A stretch of DNA of 64,000 nt, from assembly GCA_002372935.1 (NCBI GenBank), contig DFJF01000007.1, forward strand, positions 86,019-150,018, given 5' to 3'. The translations under genes were made by a program, and so were the position numbers. Shown piece by piece: positions 9,010 through 20,566 of the stretch (its first letter is position 1; the number at the start of each line of letters is the position of its first letter). The DNA is from Clostridiales bacterium UBA3678 (GTDB lineage Bacteria > Bacillota > Clostridia > TANB77 > CAG-508). The notes beneath the pieces were generated by a model. That model ran no database searches and was not told the DNA's origin. It saw only the letters and a program-made list of their open reading frames with translations.

Positions 9010-10611
9010 TTGAGTAAAATGAGCTATAGTGATGCAACATATCTTGTATTATTTTTACCATTAACTATACTAATATATAATTTAATGCCACAAAAACACC
9101 GTTGGAAAGTATTATTAATCGCAAGCTATATATTTTTCTGGTGTATAAGCAAAAAATTAATTATTTTTATAATATTTTCAACATTTTCAATTCATCACTT
9201 TGGATTATGGCTTAAAAGTATACAAGAAGAAAGAAATAAATTATTAAAAGAAGCGGAAAAAGAAAGCAAAAAAGCAATAAGAGCAGAATATTTAAAAAAG
9301 CAAAGAAAAGTTTTATTATTGGGTGTATTAATTCACCTTGGAATATTGCTTGTACTAAAATATTCAGGTTTTGCTTTAGAAAATCTAAATGCATTATTTG
9401 CGATGATAAAGATTCCAATTTCATTTAGTATAACCAAATATATGATGCCAATAGGAATATCTTTTTACACATTACAAGCTATTTCATATATTACAGATGT
9501 ATATCACGAAAAAATACAAGCAGATAGAAATTTGGGAAGACTTGCATTATTTATGACATTTTTTCCACAAATAATGGAAGGTCCAATATGCAGATATTCA
9601 GATACAGCTATGCAATTATGGGAAGGAAAAAAAGTTACTTATCAAAATTTAAAATCTGGGTTATTACGTATAGGATATGGAATTATTAAAAAGATTGTTA
9701 TTGCTGATAGATTAAATATATTTGTACAAACAATATTTGAAAAATATTCAGAATTTGATGGTGGAATTGTAGCTATTGGAGTTATATTATATACAGTTCA
9801 ATTATATATGGACTTTTCAGGTGTTATGGATATTGTAATAGGAAGTGGAGAAATATTTGGAATAAAGATGCCCGAAAATTTCAGGCAACCATTTTTCTCA
9901 AAAACAATATCAGAATTTTGGACAAGGTGGCATATCACACTTGGAGCGTTTTTCAGAGATTATGTTTTTTATCCATTGTCACTTTCAGAGCCATTAAAAA
10001 AACTTACTACTAAAGCAAGGAAAAAATTAGGAAAACATTATGGGCCACTTATATCAAGCAGTATTGCATTATTTTGTGTATGGTTTTGCAATGGGCTTTG
10101 GCATGGAGCAGCATGGTCTTTTATCTTTTTTGGAATGTACCATTTTGTATTAATTTTGACAGGTAATATAATTGAACCTTTAGTAAATATTGTAAATGAA
10201 AAATTACATATAAAAAAGGAAAATTGGATATATAAAACATTGCAAATAATAAGAACAACAATTTTAGTATTTATTGGGGAATTATTTTTTGAAGCTAAAA
10301 CAGTAAAAGATGGGTTTGCCATGTTAAATAGAATCTTTACTCAGTTTAGTTTTAATGGAATTTCAACAGGAGCCATATTAGATAAAAATGGTATGGATTT
10401 AAAAGATTTTATTATAGTTGGAATAGGAATAATTTTTGTATATATAATAAGTATTTTAAAAGAAAAAAATGTAGATATAAAAAAATGGGTTTTTGGACAA
10501 AAGATTGTAATAAGATGGTTAATATATTATGCAATTATATTTGTAGTGATAATATTAGGCGCTTATGGTATGAATTATATTCCAGTTGATCCAATGTATG
10601 CAGGTTTTTAA
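9010..10611 (+). CDS. MBOAT family O-acyltransferase (DltB/AlgI-like)
   Basis: Multi-TM; motifs PIGISFYTLQ, ENFRQPF, FWTRWHITL and GLWHG. Confidence 0.9.
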   Translation: MSKMSYSDATYLVLFLPLTILIYNLMPQKHRWKVLLIASYIFFWCISKKLIIFIIFSTFSIHHFGLWLKSIQEERNKLLKEAEKESKKAIRAEYLKKQRKVLLLGVLIHLGILLVLKYSGFALENLNALFAMIKIPISFSITKYMMPIGISFYTLQAISYITDVYHEKIQADRNLGRLALFMTFFPQIMEGPICRYSDTAMQLWEGKKVTYQNLKSGLLRIGYGIIKKIVIADRLNIFVQTIFEKYSEFDGGIVAIGVILYTVQLYMDFSGVMDIVIGSGEIFGIKMPENFRQPFFSKTISEFWTRWHITLGAFFRDYVFYPLSLSEPLKKLTTKARKKLGKHYGPLISSSIALFCVWFCNGLWHGAAWSFIFFGMYHFVLILTGNIIEPLVNIVNEKLHIKKENWIYKTLQIIRTTILVFIGELFFEAKTVKDGFAMLNRIFTQFSFNGISTGAILDKNGMDLKDFIIVGIGIIFVYIISILKEKNVDIKKWVFGQKIVIRWLIYYAIIFVVIILGAYGMNYIPVDPMYAGF

Positions 10612-10634
10612 ATAAGAAGGAGGAATAAACTAAG

Positions 10635-11543
10635 GTGAAAAAAATAATACTTAAATGCACTATATTTTGTACAATATTTTTAATAATATTAATAATCCTT
10701 TCACATATAGTAGTTCCAAAAAATAATTCAAAAGAAGCAGGGATGGAAGATGAATTAGCAAATGGGATTTTAGCAGAACCAGAAAATACAATTGATGTTT
10801 TGGTTGTTGGTGATAGTGAATCATATTCATCTTATGTACCTCGTGAGATATGGAATGAATATGGAATTACATCATATGTATGTGGAAATCCAAAACAGCC
10901 ATTAAGCAGGTCATTGAGTTTTATATATAAAACTTTTAAAACTCAAAAACCAAAAATAGTTATGTTAGAGACAAATACGATATATAGAAGAAGATCATTA
11001 ATGTATCCATTATATGAGTTATCAGATAATATTTTGCCAATTTTTAAATACCATGATAGATGGAAAACTCTTACAAAAAACGATCTTTTTGGTAAAGTGG
11101 ATTATACAACAATACAAGATAGTAAAGGATATTATTATAGTGATATTATAAAATCATCAAAACCTGGGAAATATATGAGAAGGTCTAAGGATGAACGAAA
11201 AATTCCAAAGTCAAATAAATTATACATAAAAATAATGAAGAAGTATTGTGAAAAAAATGGAGCAAAATTGGTTTTCTATAGTGCACCAAGTTCAAAAAAT
11301 TGGACTTATGAAAAACATAATGGAGTACAGGCATTAGCAGACAGCCTAGGTATTGAATTTATAGATTTAAATCTAAAAAACAATGAAATTAATATAAATT
11401 GGAATGAAGATTCTAGAGATAAAGGAGATCACTTAAATTATAATGGAGCAATAAAAGTAACTAAATATTTAGGGAAATATTTATATGAAAAAAATATTTT
11501 AACTGATCACAGAGGAGATCCAAATTATCAAGAGTGGAATTAA
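10635..11543 (+). CDS. Membrane-anchored SGNH-fold protein (DltD/AlgJ-like partner)
   Basis: N-terminal TM; GDS serine motif and D..DHLN catalytic His motif. Confidence 0.7.
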   Translation: MKKIILKCTIFCTIFLIILIILSHIVVPKNNSKEAGMEDELANGILAEPENTIDVLVVGDSESYSSYVPREIWNEYGITSYVCGNPKQPLSRSLSFIYKTFKTQKPKIVMLETNTIYRRRSLMYPLYELSDNILPIFKYHDRWKTLTKNDLFGKVDYTTIQDSKGYYYSDIIKSSKPGKYMRRSKDERKIPKSNKLYIKIMKKYCEKNGAKLVFYSAPSSKNWTYEKHNGVQALADSLGIEFIDLNLKNNEININWNEDSRDKGDHLNYNGAIKVTKYLGKYLYEKNILTDHRGDPNYQEWN

Positions 11544-11628
11544 AATAGCAATTAATTTTGCTATTTTTTTCTTCTAAAAAGGCTTGAGAGAGTAAGAAAA
11601 CAAAAGAAATGTGAATGTTTTGTAAATT

Positions 11629-11655
11629 TTGGCACTCACATATTGACATTGCTAA
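11629..11655 (+). promoter_or_regulatory. CIRCE-like HrcA operator overlapping the sigma-A -35 of hsp20
   Basis: TTGGCACTC-N9-CATTGCTAA versus consensus TTAGCACTC-N9-GAGTGCTAA. TTGACA at 11643 and TG-A-TATACT at 11662-11670. Confidence 0.65.
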
Positions 11656-11736
11656 AAAACGTGATATACTATAATTGTAAAAAATAAAAATACCACAAAA
11701 TGGTATCAAAAAAAATAAGAAAGGAAGTTGATTATT

Positions 11737-12159
11737 ATGATGATGATACCTAGAAAAAAAGATGATTTTGATATTTGGGGTGACATGTTTAGAAATCCAT
11801 TCTTCTCAAACACAGAAGGTGAGATCATGAAAACAGATATTAAAGAAAAGGGTGACAAATATGAAATAGATATGGACTTACCTGGATATGAAAAAGACAA
11901 TATAAAAATAGAAATAGATGATGGATATTTAGTAGTTTCTGCTAATGTTGATACAAACAAAGAAGAAAAAGAAAAAGGCAAATTTGTTCGTAAAGAAAGA
12001 TATGTTGGATCTTGCTCTAGAAGCTTCTATATAGGAGAAGACATAGAAAATGAAGATATAAAGGCTTCATTTAAAAATGGAACATTAAGAATAGAAGTAC
12101 CTAAAAAAGAAGAAAAACAAGAAATACCAGAAAAGAAATATATTCAAATAGAAGATTAA
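11737..12159 (+). CDS. Hsp20/alpha-crystallin small heat shock protein
   Basis: Motifs MKTDIKE, DLPG..K.NI, RKERY.GS.SRSF and ASFKNGTL.I.VPK. The exact start is uncertain (11728-11743). Confidence 0.9.
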   Translation: MMMIPRKKDDFDIWGDMFRNPFFSNTEGEIMKTDIKEKGDKYEIDMDLPGYEKDNIKIEIDDGYLVVSANVDTNKEEKEKGKFVRKERYVGSCSRSFYIGEDIENEDIKASFKNGTLRIEVPKKEEKQEIPEKKYIQIED

Positions 12160-12168
12160 TTAATGGAA

Positions 12169-12203
12169 GAGTTGTATAAGGCTAATCCTTATACAACTTT
12201 TTT
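12169..12203 (+). terminator. Intrinsic terminator after hsp20
   Basis: AGTTGTATAAG-GCTAATC-CTTATACAACT followed by a T run. Confidence 0.75.
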
Positions 12204-12272
12204 ATTATTTTTATTGTCATTTTATTTTAAATAAAATATAATAAAAGATAATCAAAACGAAAGGAATTTTAT

Positions 12273-14039
12273 ATGTTTAAATTATTTAAAAATTTTGGAA
12301 AAAAAGACATAGCTGTAATGTTAATTTGTATTATATTAATTGTACTTCAAGTTTGGCTAGAACTAAAAATGCCAGATTATATGTCAGAAATAACTGTTTT
12401 AGTTCAAACAGAAGGAAGTCAAATGAGTGACATATTAGCAAATGGAGGCTATATGATGGCCTGTGCATTTGGAAGTTTGGTATCAGCAATTATTGTTGGA
12501 TATTTAGTTGCAAATTTAGCTGCAACTTTATCTATGAAAATTAGAAAAAAATTATTTACAAAAGTTGAAAATTTGGCAATGAATGAAGTTAAAAGATTTT
12601 CTACAAGTAGTTTAATTACAAGAACTACAAATGATATAACACAAATACAGATGCTTGTTGCAATGGGGTTACAAATGGCAATAAAAGCTCCTATAACTGC
12701 TGTATGGGCAGTAACAAAGATATTAAACAAGAGTTGGCAATGGAGTGCGATTACAGGTGTAGGAGTATTAATACTTATGGCAGTTATTATTGCCATTATG
12801 TTTGTCGTTGTTCCAAAATTTAAAATTGTACAAAAATTGACAGATAAATTAAATGGGGTAACTCGTGAAAATCTTACAGGAATTAGAGTAGTTAGAGCTT
12901 TTAATGCAGAAGAATATCAAGAAAATAAATTTGAAAAAGCAAATAAAGATTTAACAAATCAACAAATGTTTAACCAAAAAGCTTTTGCTCTTCTTTCACC
13001 AGTTATGTATTTGGTAATGTATTTTTTGACACTTTCTATTTACTATGTTGGAGCCCATTTGATAAATGATGCTAATTTTGCAGAAAAAATAACTTTATTT
13101 GGAAATATGGTTGTATTTAGTTCTTATGCTATGCAAGTTATCATGGCATTTTTGATGCTTGCTATGATTTTTATGATGTACCCAAGAGCTCAAGTTTCTG
13201 CAAAGCGTATAAATGAAGTATTAGATACAGACATAACAATTAAAGATGGAAAAATAGACAAAGATACAAACAACATAAAAGGTGAAGTAGAATTTAAAAA
13301 TGTAAGTTTCAAATATCCAGATGCAGATGACTATGTTTTAGAAAATATTTCATTTAAAGCTAACAAAGGAGAAACAGTTGCTTTTATTGGGTCAACAGGT
13401 AGTGGAAAATCTACTTTAATAAATTTAGTTCCAAGATTTTATGATTCTACTTCTGGAGAAGTTTTAGTTGATGGAATAAATATAAAAGAATATAAACAAG
13501 AATTTTTACATACAAAATTAGGATATGTTTCTCAAAAAGCTGTTATTTTCAATGACACTGTTGCAAATAATATTTCTTATGGTGATAATGGAAAAGGTAA
13601 AATATCAGAAGAAAAGATAAAAAAAGCTATAGAAGTAGCTCAAGCAAAAGAATTTGTAGAAAAAATGGAAGATGGCTATAATACAGATATGGCTGAAGGC
13701 GGAACAAATGTATCTGGAGGTCAAAAGCAAAGATTATCAATAGCAAGAGCAATTGCAAGAGATCCAGAAATTTATATTTTTGATGATACATTTTCAGCTT
13801 TAGATTATAAAACAGATAGTATATTAAGAAAAGCATTAAAAGATTATACTAAAAATGCTACAATATTAATAGTTGCCCAAAGAATTGGTACAATTATGAA
13901 TGCAGATAAAATTGTGGTTTTAGATGAGGGAAAAATTGTTGGAATTGGAAAACACAAAGAATTATTACAGAAATGTGATGTATATAGACAGATTGCTTTA
14001 TCACAATTAACAAAGGAGGAATTAGATGCTGAAAAATAA
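12273..14039 (+). CDS. Heterodimeric ABC exporter, subunit 1 (TMD+NBD)
   Basis: TM domain; GSTGSGKST; VSGGQKQR; degenerate Walker B IFDD. Confidence 0.9.
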   Translation: MFKLFKNFGKKDIAVMLICIILIVLQVWLELKMPDYMSEITVLVQTEGSQMSDILANGGYMMACAFGSLVSAIIVGYLVANLAATLSMKIRKKLFTKVENLAMNEVKRFSTSSLITRTTNDITQIQMLVAMGLQMAIKAPITAVWAVTKILNKSWQWSAITGVGVLILMAVIIAIMFVVVPKFKIVQKLTDKLNGVTRENLTGIRVVRAFNAEEYQENKFEKANKDLTNQQMFNQKAFALLSPVMYLVMYFLTLSIYYVGAHLINDANFAEKITLFGNMVVFSSYAMQVIMAFLMLAMIFMMYPRAQVSAKRINEVLDTDITIKDGKIDKDTNNIKGEVEFKNVSFKYPDADDYVLENISFKANKGETVAFIGSTGSGKSTLINLVPRFYDSTSGEVLVDGINIKEYKQEFLHTKLGYVSQKAVIFNDTVANNISYGDNGKGKISEEKIKKAIEVAQAKEFVEKMEDGYNTDMAEGGTNVSGGQKQRLSIARAIARDPEIYIFDDTFSALDYKTDSILRKALKDYTKNATILIVAQRIGTIMNADKIVVLDEGKIVGIGKHKELLQKCDVYRQIALSQLTKEELDAEK

Positions 14040-14152
14040 TTACAATTTTGGCTATGTCAAATTTTATTTAAAACGCGGTTACATACAAAAAGTATGCGCC
14101 CTTGCCTTTTAAATTAAATTTTCCTTGCCAAAATTTAATTCTTTTTTCAGCA
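14027..14152. repeat. Imperfect ~126-bp palindromic element (MITE/REPIN-like)
   Basis: The arm TGCTGAAAAATAATTACAATTTTGGC..AAATTTTATTTAAAA pairs with TTTTAAATTAAATTT..GCCAAAATTTAATTCTTTTTTCAGCA around an inner CATAC-AAAAA-GTATG hairpin. Confidence 0.55.
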
Positions 14153-14182
14153 AAATGCCTCAAGAAAGGAAAAAGATTAATA

Positions 14183-16003
14183 ATGAGTAATAACGAATCA
14201 AGACCTCCAAGAAGAGGACCAATGGGTAGAGGACCAGGTGTTCCTGGTGAAAAAGCAAAAGACTTTAAAGGTGCAGTTAGGAGACTGATTTCAGAATTAA
14301 AAACATATAAAATGTTTATTATAATTGCGCTTATCCTTGCGGTTGCAGGTTCTGTACTATCAATTATGGCACCAAACAGGCTATCAAGTTTAACAGATGA
14401 AATTTCAGCAGGATTAATGGGAAATATGAATTTATCAAAAATAAAACATATTGCATTAATTTTAGCATGTATGTATATTGCTAGTGCATTATTTAACTTT
14501 ATTCAAGGCATTATAATGACAATAATTGCAAATAAATTTGCTCAAAATTTAAGAAGTAGAATTTCGAAAAAGATAAATAAATTACCACTTAGATATTTTG
14601 ACTTACATCCAATTGGAGATATTTTATCAAGAGTTACAAATGATGTTGATACAATTGCTCAAACAATGAATCAATCACTAGGAACATTTGTAAGTAGTAT
14701 AACATTATTTTTAGGTTCAATAATCATGATGTTTTATACAAATTGGATAATGGCATTAACTGCTATAGGTTCTAGTGTAATAGGATTTATATTTATGTTC
14801 TTAATTTTAGGAAAATCACAAAAATACTTTGTTGCAAGACAAGAAGAACTAGGAAAATTAAATGGTCATATTGAAGAAATATATTCAGCATTAAATATTG
14901 TAAAAGTATATAATGGTCAAAAGTCTGCAAATAGTAAATTTGCTGAACTAAATAAAAAAGTATATAATGCAAATAGAAAAAGCCAATTTTTATCAGGATT
15001 AATGCAACCTATGATGCAATTTATAGGAAACCTTGGTTATGTTGCAGTTTGTATAGTTGGCGCATTACTTACAATGAATAATGTTATATCTTTTGGTGTA
15101 ATTGTTGCATTTATTACATATGTTAGATTATTTACAAATCCATTATCACAGATTGCACAAAGCATGACATCACTTCAATCAACTGCAGCTGCTAGTGAAA
15201 GAGTTTTTGAATTTGTAGATGCAAAAGAAATGAGTAGTCAAGAAAATATAACTAAAAAATTAGATAAAGAAAAAGTTAAAGGGAAAATTGAATTTGATAA
15301 TATTGTATTCCAATATGACAATAATCCAAATCCTACAATAAAGAATTTTAGTGCAATAGCACATCCAGGGCAAAAGGTGGCAATTGTTGGACCAACAGGT
15401 GCAGGAAAAACTACAATGGTAAATTTACTTATGAAATTTTATGATATAGATTCAGGAGATATAAAAATAGATGATATATCTACAAAAGAATTAACTCGTG
15501 AAAATATACATGATTTATTTACAATGGTATTACAAGACACTTGGCTTTTTGAAGGCACAATAAAAGAAAATTTAATATATAATACAAATGCTACACAAGA
15601 ACAGGTAGAAGAAGTATGTAAAATCGTTGGATTACATCATTTTATCAAGACATTACCAGGTGGCTATGATTCAATGCTTTCAGAAAATGATACTGTTTCT
15701 GCTGGTCAAAAACAATTACTTACAATTGCAAGAGGAATGCTACAAAATGCACCATTTTTAATACTAGATGAGGCTACTTCAAATGTTGATACAAGAACAG
15801 AAGAATTAGTCCAAAAAGCAATGGATAAATTAACAGAAGGAAAAACATCATTTATTATAGCACATAGATTATCAACAATAAAAAATGCAGATTTAATTTT
15901 GGTAATGAAAGATGGAAATATTATAGAACAAGGAAATCATGATGAACTCATGTCTAAAAATGGTGTTTATGCAGACTTATATAATGCACAATTTGAATTA
16001 TAA
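14183..16003 (+). CDS. Heterodimeric ABC exporter, subunit 2
   Basis: GPTGAGKTT, VSAGQKQ, ILDEATS and IAHRLST. Start set at ATG 14183 after AGAAAGGA. Confidence 0.9.
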   Translation: MSNNESRPPRRGPMGRGPGVPGEKAKDFKGAVRRLISELKTYKMFIIIALILAVAGSVLSIMAPNRLSSLTDEISAGLMGNMNLSKIKHIALILACMYIASALFNFIQGIIMTIIANKFAQNLRSRISKKINKLPLRYFDLHPIGDILSRVTNDVDTIAQTMNQSLGTFVSSITLFLGSIIMMFYTNWIMALTAIGSSVIGFIFMFLILGKSQKYFVARQEELGKLNGHIEEIYSALNIVKVYNGQKSANSKFAELNKKVYNANRKSQFLSGLMQPMMQFIGNLGYVAVCIVGALLTMNNVISFGVIVAFITYVRLFTNPLSQIAQSMTSLQSTAAASERVFEFVDAKEMSSQENITKKLDKEKVKGKIEFDNIVFQYDNNPNPTIKNFSAIAHPGQKVAIVGPTGAGKTTMVNLLMKFYDIDSGDIKIDDISTKELTRENIHDLFTMVLQDTWLFEGTIKENLIYNTNATQEQVEEVCKIVGLHHFIKTLPGGYDSMLSENDTVSAGQKQLLTIARGMLQNAPFLILDEATSNVDTRTEELVQKAMDKLTEGKTSFIIAHRLSTIKNADLILVMKDGNIIEQGNHDELMSKNGVYADLYNAQFEL

Positions 16004-16034
16004 TTTCATTTGTGGACGGTTCTTCTTTCAAAGG
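16004..16034. repeat. GGACGGTTCT REP-like element copy
   Basis: TTTCATTTGTGGACGGTTCTTCTTTCAAAGG is approximately the reverse complement of the last unit of the 24905-24998 cluster. Confidence 0.65.
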
Positions 16035-16052
16035 TGTAAAAGGAGATAAAAT

Positions 16053-19000
16053 ATGTTACAAATAAAAAATATTTGCAAAAAATATAAAACAGGAAATTTA
16101 ATACAAAAGGCTTTAGATAATGTAAGTTTAAATTTAAGAGATAGTGAATTTGTTGCTATTCTTGGCCCTAGTGGATCTGGAAAAACAACTCTTCTAAACA
16201 TTATTGGAGGTTTAGACCATTATGATACAGGAGATTTAATAATAAATGGAATTTCAACCAAGAAATACAAAGATAGAGACTGGGATTCTTACCGTAACCA
16301 TACAATTGGATTTGTGTTTCAAAGTTATAATTTGATACCACACCAAACAATTTTATCAAATGTTGAACTTGCATTAACTATTTCAGGCATAGTTAAAAGC
16401 AAAAGAAAACAAAAAGCATTAAAAGCACTTGAACAAGTAGGACTTAAAGAGCAAGCACATAAAAAACCTAGCCAACTATCAGGAGGACAAATGCAAAGAG
16501 TTGCTATTGCAAGAGCTTTAGTAAATAACCCAGATGTTATACTTGCTGATGAACCAACAGGAGCTTTAGATAGTGATACAAGTGTTCAAGTAATGGAATT
16601 ATTAAAAGAAGTTGCAAAAGACCGTTTGGTAGTAATGGTAACACATAATCCAGAATTAGCAAAAACCTATGCTACTCGTATTGTGAATTTAAGAGACGGA
16701 AAAATACGCTCTGATAGCAATCCTTATAAAATAGATAATGAAAAAAATAAAAAAGCAGAACATAAAAACATGGGAAAAACAACAATGTCATTCTTAACTG
16801 CTTTATCACTTAGCTTCAATAATTTAAAAACTAAAAAAGGAAGAACATTTTTAACTTCTTTTGCTGGATCAATTGGTATTATTGGAATAGCTCTTATTTT
16901 ATCATTATCAAATGGAGTTAATACTTATATTAAATCAGTTGAAGAAGATACTTTGTCAGAATACCCATTACAAATACAAAGTACAGGAATTGATATGACT
17001 TCACTGTTAATGAGTGCAAGAAATGATACAAGTGAAAATCAAGAAAATGGGAAAATAAATGTCACAAAAAACCTAAGTAATATGTTTTCCACAATAGGCT
17101 CTAATGATTTAGTTTCATTTAAGAAATATTTAGAAAGTGGGGAAAGCCATATTGATAACTATGCAAAAGCAATTGAATACACATACAATGTTTCACCCAA
17201 AATATATAATTCGGACACTGAAAAATTAAGACAATTGAATCCTGATGTTTCATTTGAAGGATTGGGAATGGGATCAGGTTCAAGCATGAATAGCTTAATA
17301 TCTAGTATGATGAGTACAGATGTATTTTTTCAAATGCCAACAAATACAAATTTATTTGAGAATCAATATGATATAAAAGCTGGAAGATGGACTACTAATT
17401 ACAATGAATGTGTTTTAGTATTAACATCAGATGGAAATATTAGTGACTTCTTGCTATATACATTAGGATTAAGGGATTTTAGTGAACTTGATAATATGGT
17501 TAATAAGTTTTCAAATGAAGAAAGAGTAGAACCACCTACTGATATGGGATCTTATTCTTATGAAGATATTCTTGGAAAATCATTTAAATTAGTAAATAAT
17601 AGTGATTGTTATGAATATGACAAAGAATACAAAATATGGAGAGATAAAACAGATAATACAAAATATATGAAAAAAATTGTGGAAAACGGTGAAGATATAA
17701 AAATTGTTGGAATTGTACAACCCAAAGAAGGAGCAACAGGCACGATGCTAAAACCTGGAATAAACTATCCTTCATCATTAACAAACCATATAATCGAAAA
17801 TTCAACTAATAGTAAAATTGTAAAAGATCAGCTAGAACGACCAGAAATTAATGTATTTACTGGAAAAAGATTTGATGATAATGAGAAAGATAATTCTTTT
17901 GATATGAATTCATTATTTGAAATAGATACAAATGCATTAAAATCAGCATTTAAAATAGATCAGTCAAAAATAAAAGTTGATTTTAGTAATCTAAATAATA
18001 TAGCAACACAAAATTCATTACCTGAAATTGATTTAAATAAAATTTTAAGCAAAATTGAATTTTCTATACCGCAAGAAAGTATTAAAAAATTAATGAATGA
18101 GATTTTAAAAGGATATGAAACATATTTAAAAAATACACCAGATGCTAGTTTAAACCAGTTAAATAAAGCTTTAACTGAATATTTGCAATCAAAAGAAACA
18201 ACTGAATTGTTAAACAAGGAAATTGAAAAAATAATTAAAAAAAATGGGAGTTTAACTATTACTCAAGAACAAATGAATGAAATTATGCAAACTATTTTAA
18301 AAGATTTTCAAGAATATGCTAGTAATAATGGACTAGGAGATATTACAGAGGTAGATAAATATTTTATGGAATATCTTGAATCAGAACAAGCAAAAAAAAT
18401 TATTACTAATAATGTTTCAGAAATAATTAAATCTCAGAATTTAGATAAACAAATTTCAAAAATTATTGAAAAATATATGCAATCTGTTATGACAACAATG
18501 AGTAAAAGCCTTGAAAAAGAAATGAAATCAAGCATTAATAAGCTTAGTAAATCAATGGCAAATGCAATAAGTATTGACACAAGTGCTTTTGCTAATGCTT
18601 TTAAAATGAAAATGGATGAGGAGGAACTATCAGAGCTTTTTGCTTCACTTATGAGCAAAGGTAATGAAAGTTATGATAACAATCTAAAAAAGCTAAATTA
18701 TGCTGATTTTAATGAACCAGCTGGTATTAATATTTACCCAAAAGATTTTGAGGGGAATAAAGCAATTACAAATTTATTAGATTCATACAATAACAATATG
18801 AGAGAAAATGGAAATGATGATAAAGTAATTTCATACACAGATATGGTTGGAACTTTGATGAGTTCTGTAACAAATATTATCAATACAGTAAGTTATGTAC
18901 TTATTGCATTTACTGGAATATCTTTAATTGTATCTTCTATTATGATTGGTGTTATCACATATATCAGTGTATTAGAGAGAAGAAAAGAAATTGGAATTTT

Positions 19001-19292
19001 AAGAGCTATTGGAGCATCAAAACATAATATTTCACAAGTTTTCAATGCTGAAACATTTATCATAGGAACTCTTTCTGGAGTAATTGGAATAGGTATTACT
19101 TTATTATTACTAATTCCTATAAATCATATTATCGCATCACTTGCTAATGGTGTAAATATTAGAGCAGTATTACTACCAACATCAGGAATTATTTTGATTT
19201 TTTTAAGTATAATCTTAACATTATTTGGAGGAATTTTGCCTTCAAGGAAAGCTGCAAAAGAAGATCCTGTATTAGCATTAAAGAGTGAATAA
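16053..19292 (+). CDS. Fused ABC ATPase / FtsX-like permease (MacB-like)
   Basis: N-terminal [17 protein letters not shown] and LADEPTG; C-terminal [17 protein letters not shown]. Confidence 0.9.
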   Translation: MLQIKNICKKYKTGNLIQKALDNVSLNLRDSEFVAILGPSGSGKTTLLNIIGGLDHYDTGDLIINGISTKKYKDRDWDSYRNHTIGFVFQSYNLIPHQTILSNVELALTISGIVKSKRKQKALKALEQVGLKEQAHKKPSQLSGGQMQRVAIARALVNNPDVILADEPTGALDSDTSVQVMELLKEVAKDRLVVMVTHNPELAKTYATRIVNLRDGKIRSDSNPYKIDNEKNKKAEHKNMGKTTMSFLTALSLSFNNLKTKKGRTFLTSFAGSIGIIGIALILSLSNGVNTYIKSVEEDTLSEYPLQIQSTGIDMTSLLMSARNDTSENQENGKINVTKNLSNMFSTIGSNDLVSFKKYLESGESHIDNYAKAIEYTYNVSPKIYNSDTEKLRQLNPDVSFEGLGMGSGSSMNSLISSMMSTDVFFQMPTNTNLFENQYDIKAGRWTTNYNECVLVLTSDGNISDFLLYTLGLRDFSELDNMVNKFSNEERVEPPTDMGSYSYEDILGKSFKLVNNSDCYEYDKEYKIWRDKTDNTKYMKKIVENGEDIKIVGIVQPKEGATGTMLKPGINYPSSLTNHIIENSTNSKIVKDQLERPEINVFTGKRFDDNEKDNSFDMNSLFEIDTNALKSAFKIDQSKIKVDFSNLNNIATQNSLPEIDLNKILSKIEFSIPQESIKKLMNEILKGYETYLKNTPDASLNQLNKALTEYLQSKETTELLNKEIEKIIKKNGSLTITQEQMNEIMQTILKDFQEYASNNGLGDITEVDKYFMEYLESEQAKKIITNNVSEIIKSQNLDKQISKIIEKYMQSVMTTMSKSLEKEMKSSINKLSKSMANAISIDTSAFANAFKMKMDEEELSELFASLMSKGNESYDNNLKKLNYADFNEPAGINIYPKDFEGNKAITNLLDSYNNNMRENGNDDKVISYTDMVGTLMSSVTNIINTVSYVLIAFTGISLIVSSIMIGVITYISVLERRKEIGILRAIGASKHNISQVFNAETFIIGTLSGVIGIGITLLLLIPINHIIASLANGVNIRAVLLPTSGIILIFLSIILTLFGGILPSRKAAKEDPVLALKSE

Positions 19293-19437
19293 TTAGGGAT
19301 TTTTAAAGCAGATTTAAATAATAGCATTTCAGGTTGCTCAAATTTGACAGAAACATTATAAAGGGACAATTAAGTTTGACAAAAATAGAGAAAAAGAATG
19401 AAAAGTCGTTGTAAAGAAACCAATTAAATAGGAGTAA

Positions 19438-20562
19438 ATGATGGCAAACAATTTTATAAAAGGATATGGAAATACAAATATATCAGATAAAGTAAAAAGA
19501 TGTAAAGAATTTTACAATAAAAATAAAAAGATGTGTACAATATCATTAATTGCATTTATCATAATTTTAATATTAATTATCATTTTATTAGTAAATCATA
19601 ACAAAAAAGAGATAGATACTACATCTACAATACACGGAATTACTATAAATGACAATACACAATTTTACAAAGAACCAAATGAAAAAGAACTAATTTCTAC
19701 TTTAGAAAAAGGAAAAAATGTGTATATATTTGATAAAACTACAGATAGAAATGGTATAACCTGGTATTATGTAGATTACAATAATCAAATGGGATATATA
19801 AATGAGAAGGATGTAAAATATTTTGTATTTAATGATAGTGATGAAAACACACTAATGAGTGATGTTTCAAAATTTAATGTTATTTATGAACAATTTAAAA
19901 CCGAAAATGACTATGAACTATTTTTAATAGAGAATAATTTTAATTATGTATATATTCGTGCAGGAGGAAGAGGCTATGGGCAAGACGGAAATATGTACAT
20001 AGATCAAAATGCAGATATGTATATAAATGCTTGTGAATATCTTGGAATACCTTATGGATTCTATTATATAGATGAAGCTTTAAATGAAGAAGAAGTAAAT
20101 GAAGAAATAGAATTCATGCAAAATTTTATATCAGAACATGCTAAGGAAAACTGTTTACTTCCAGTTGTAATAGATATGGAATATCATGATGGAAGTGGAA
20201 GAGCAGATACTAAAGATGCTTTAGCAAATAGATCTAGAATTGCTCAAAACCTTTTAAATGGATTCAAAAATGCTGGCTTAAATGCTTTTATTTATAGTAA
20301 TGCACAATATGCAAATAAATATCTTTCAGATGTAGACTCAGATTTCTGGCTTTCATATTATACAGAGGAAACTTCAGTTCCAAATTATTGGTATACAGAA
20401 ACTAACCAGGATAAGGTTATTTCTAATACGGATTTTGTAAATAAGATGAAGATTTGGCAATTTTCGGAAACAGGTGCAAGTGATATTGGAATAGATATTC
20501 AAATTGATTTAAATTTGGTTAAAGATAATTTCTTAAAAAAATTTGTTATAAAAGACAAATAA
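19438..20562 (+). CDS. Membrane-anchored SH3b + GH25 (lysozyme-like) protein
   Basis: TM segment; SH3-like WYYVDYNNQMGYI; GH25-like DVSK, YIRAGGRGYG, DME and IWQFS...DLN. Confidence 0.7.
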   Translation: MMANNFIKGYGNTNISDKVKRCKEFYNKNKKMCTISLIAFIIILILIIILLVNHNKKEIDTTSTIHGITINDNTQFYKEPNEKELISTLEKGKNVYIFDKTTDRNGITWYYVDYNNQMGYINEKDVKYFVFNDSDENTLMSDVSKFNVIYEQFKTENDYELFLIENNFNYVYIRAGGRGYGQDGNMYIDQNADMYINACEYLGIPYGFYYIDEALNEEEVNEEIEFMQNFISEHAKENCLLPVVIDMEYHDGSGRADTKDALANRSRIAQNLLNGFKNAGLNAFIYSNAQYANKYLSDVDSDFWLSYYTEETSVPNYWYTETNQDKVISNTDFVNKMKIWQFSETGASDIGIDIQIDLNLVKDNFLKKFVIKDK

Positions 20563-20566
20563 TAAA

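Noticed and set aside
14102..14182. N-terminal extension of ABC subunit 2 from TTG 14102
   Set aside because: It lies within the palindromic insert and has no RBS, whereas ATG 14183 has one.
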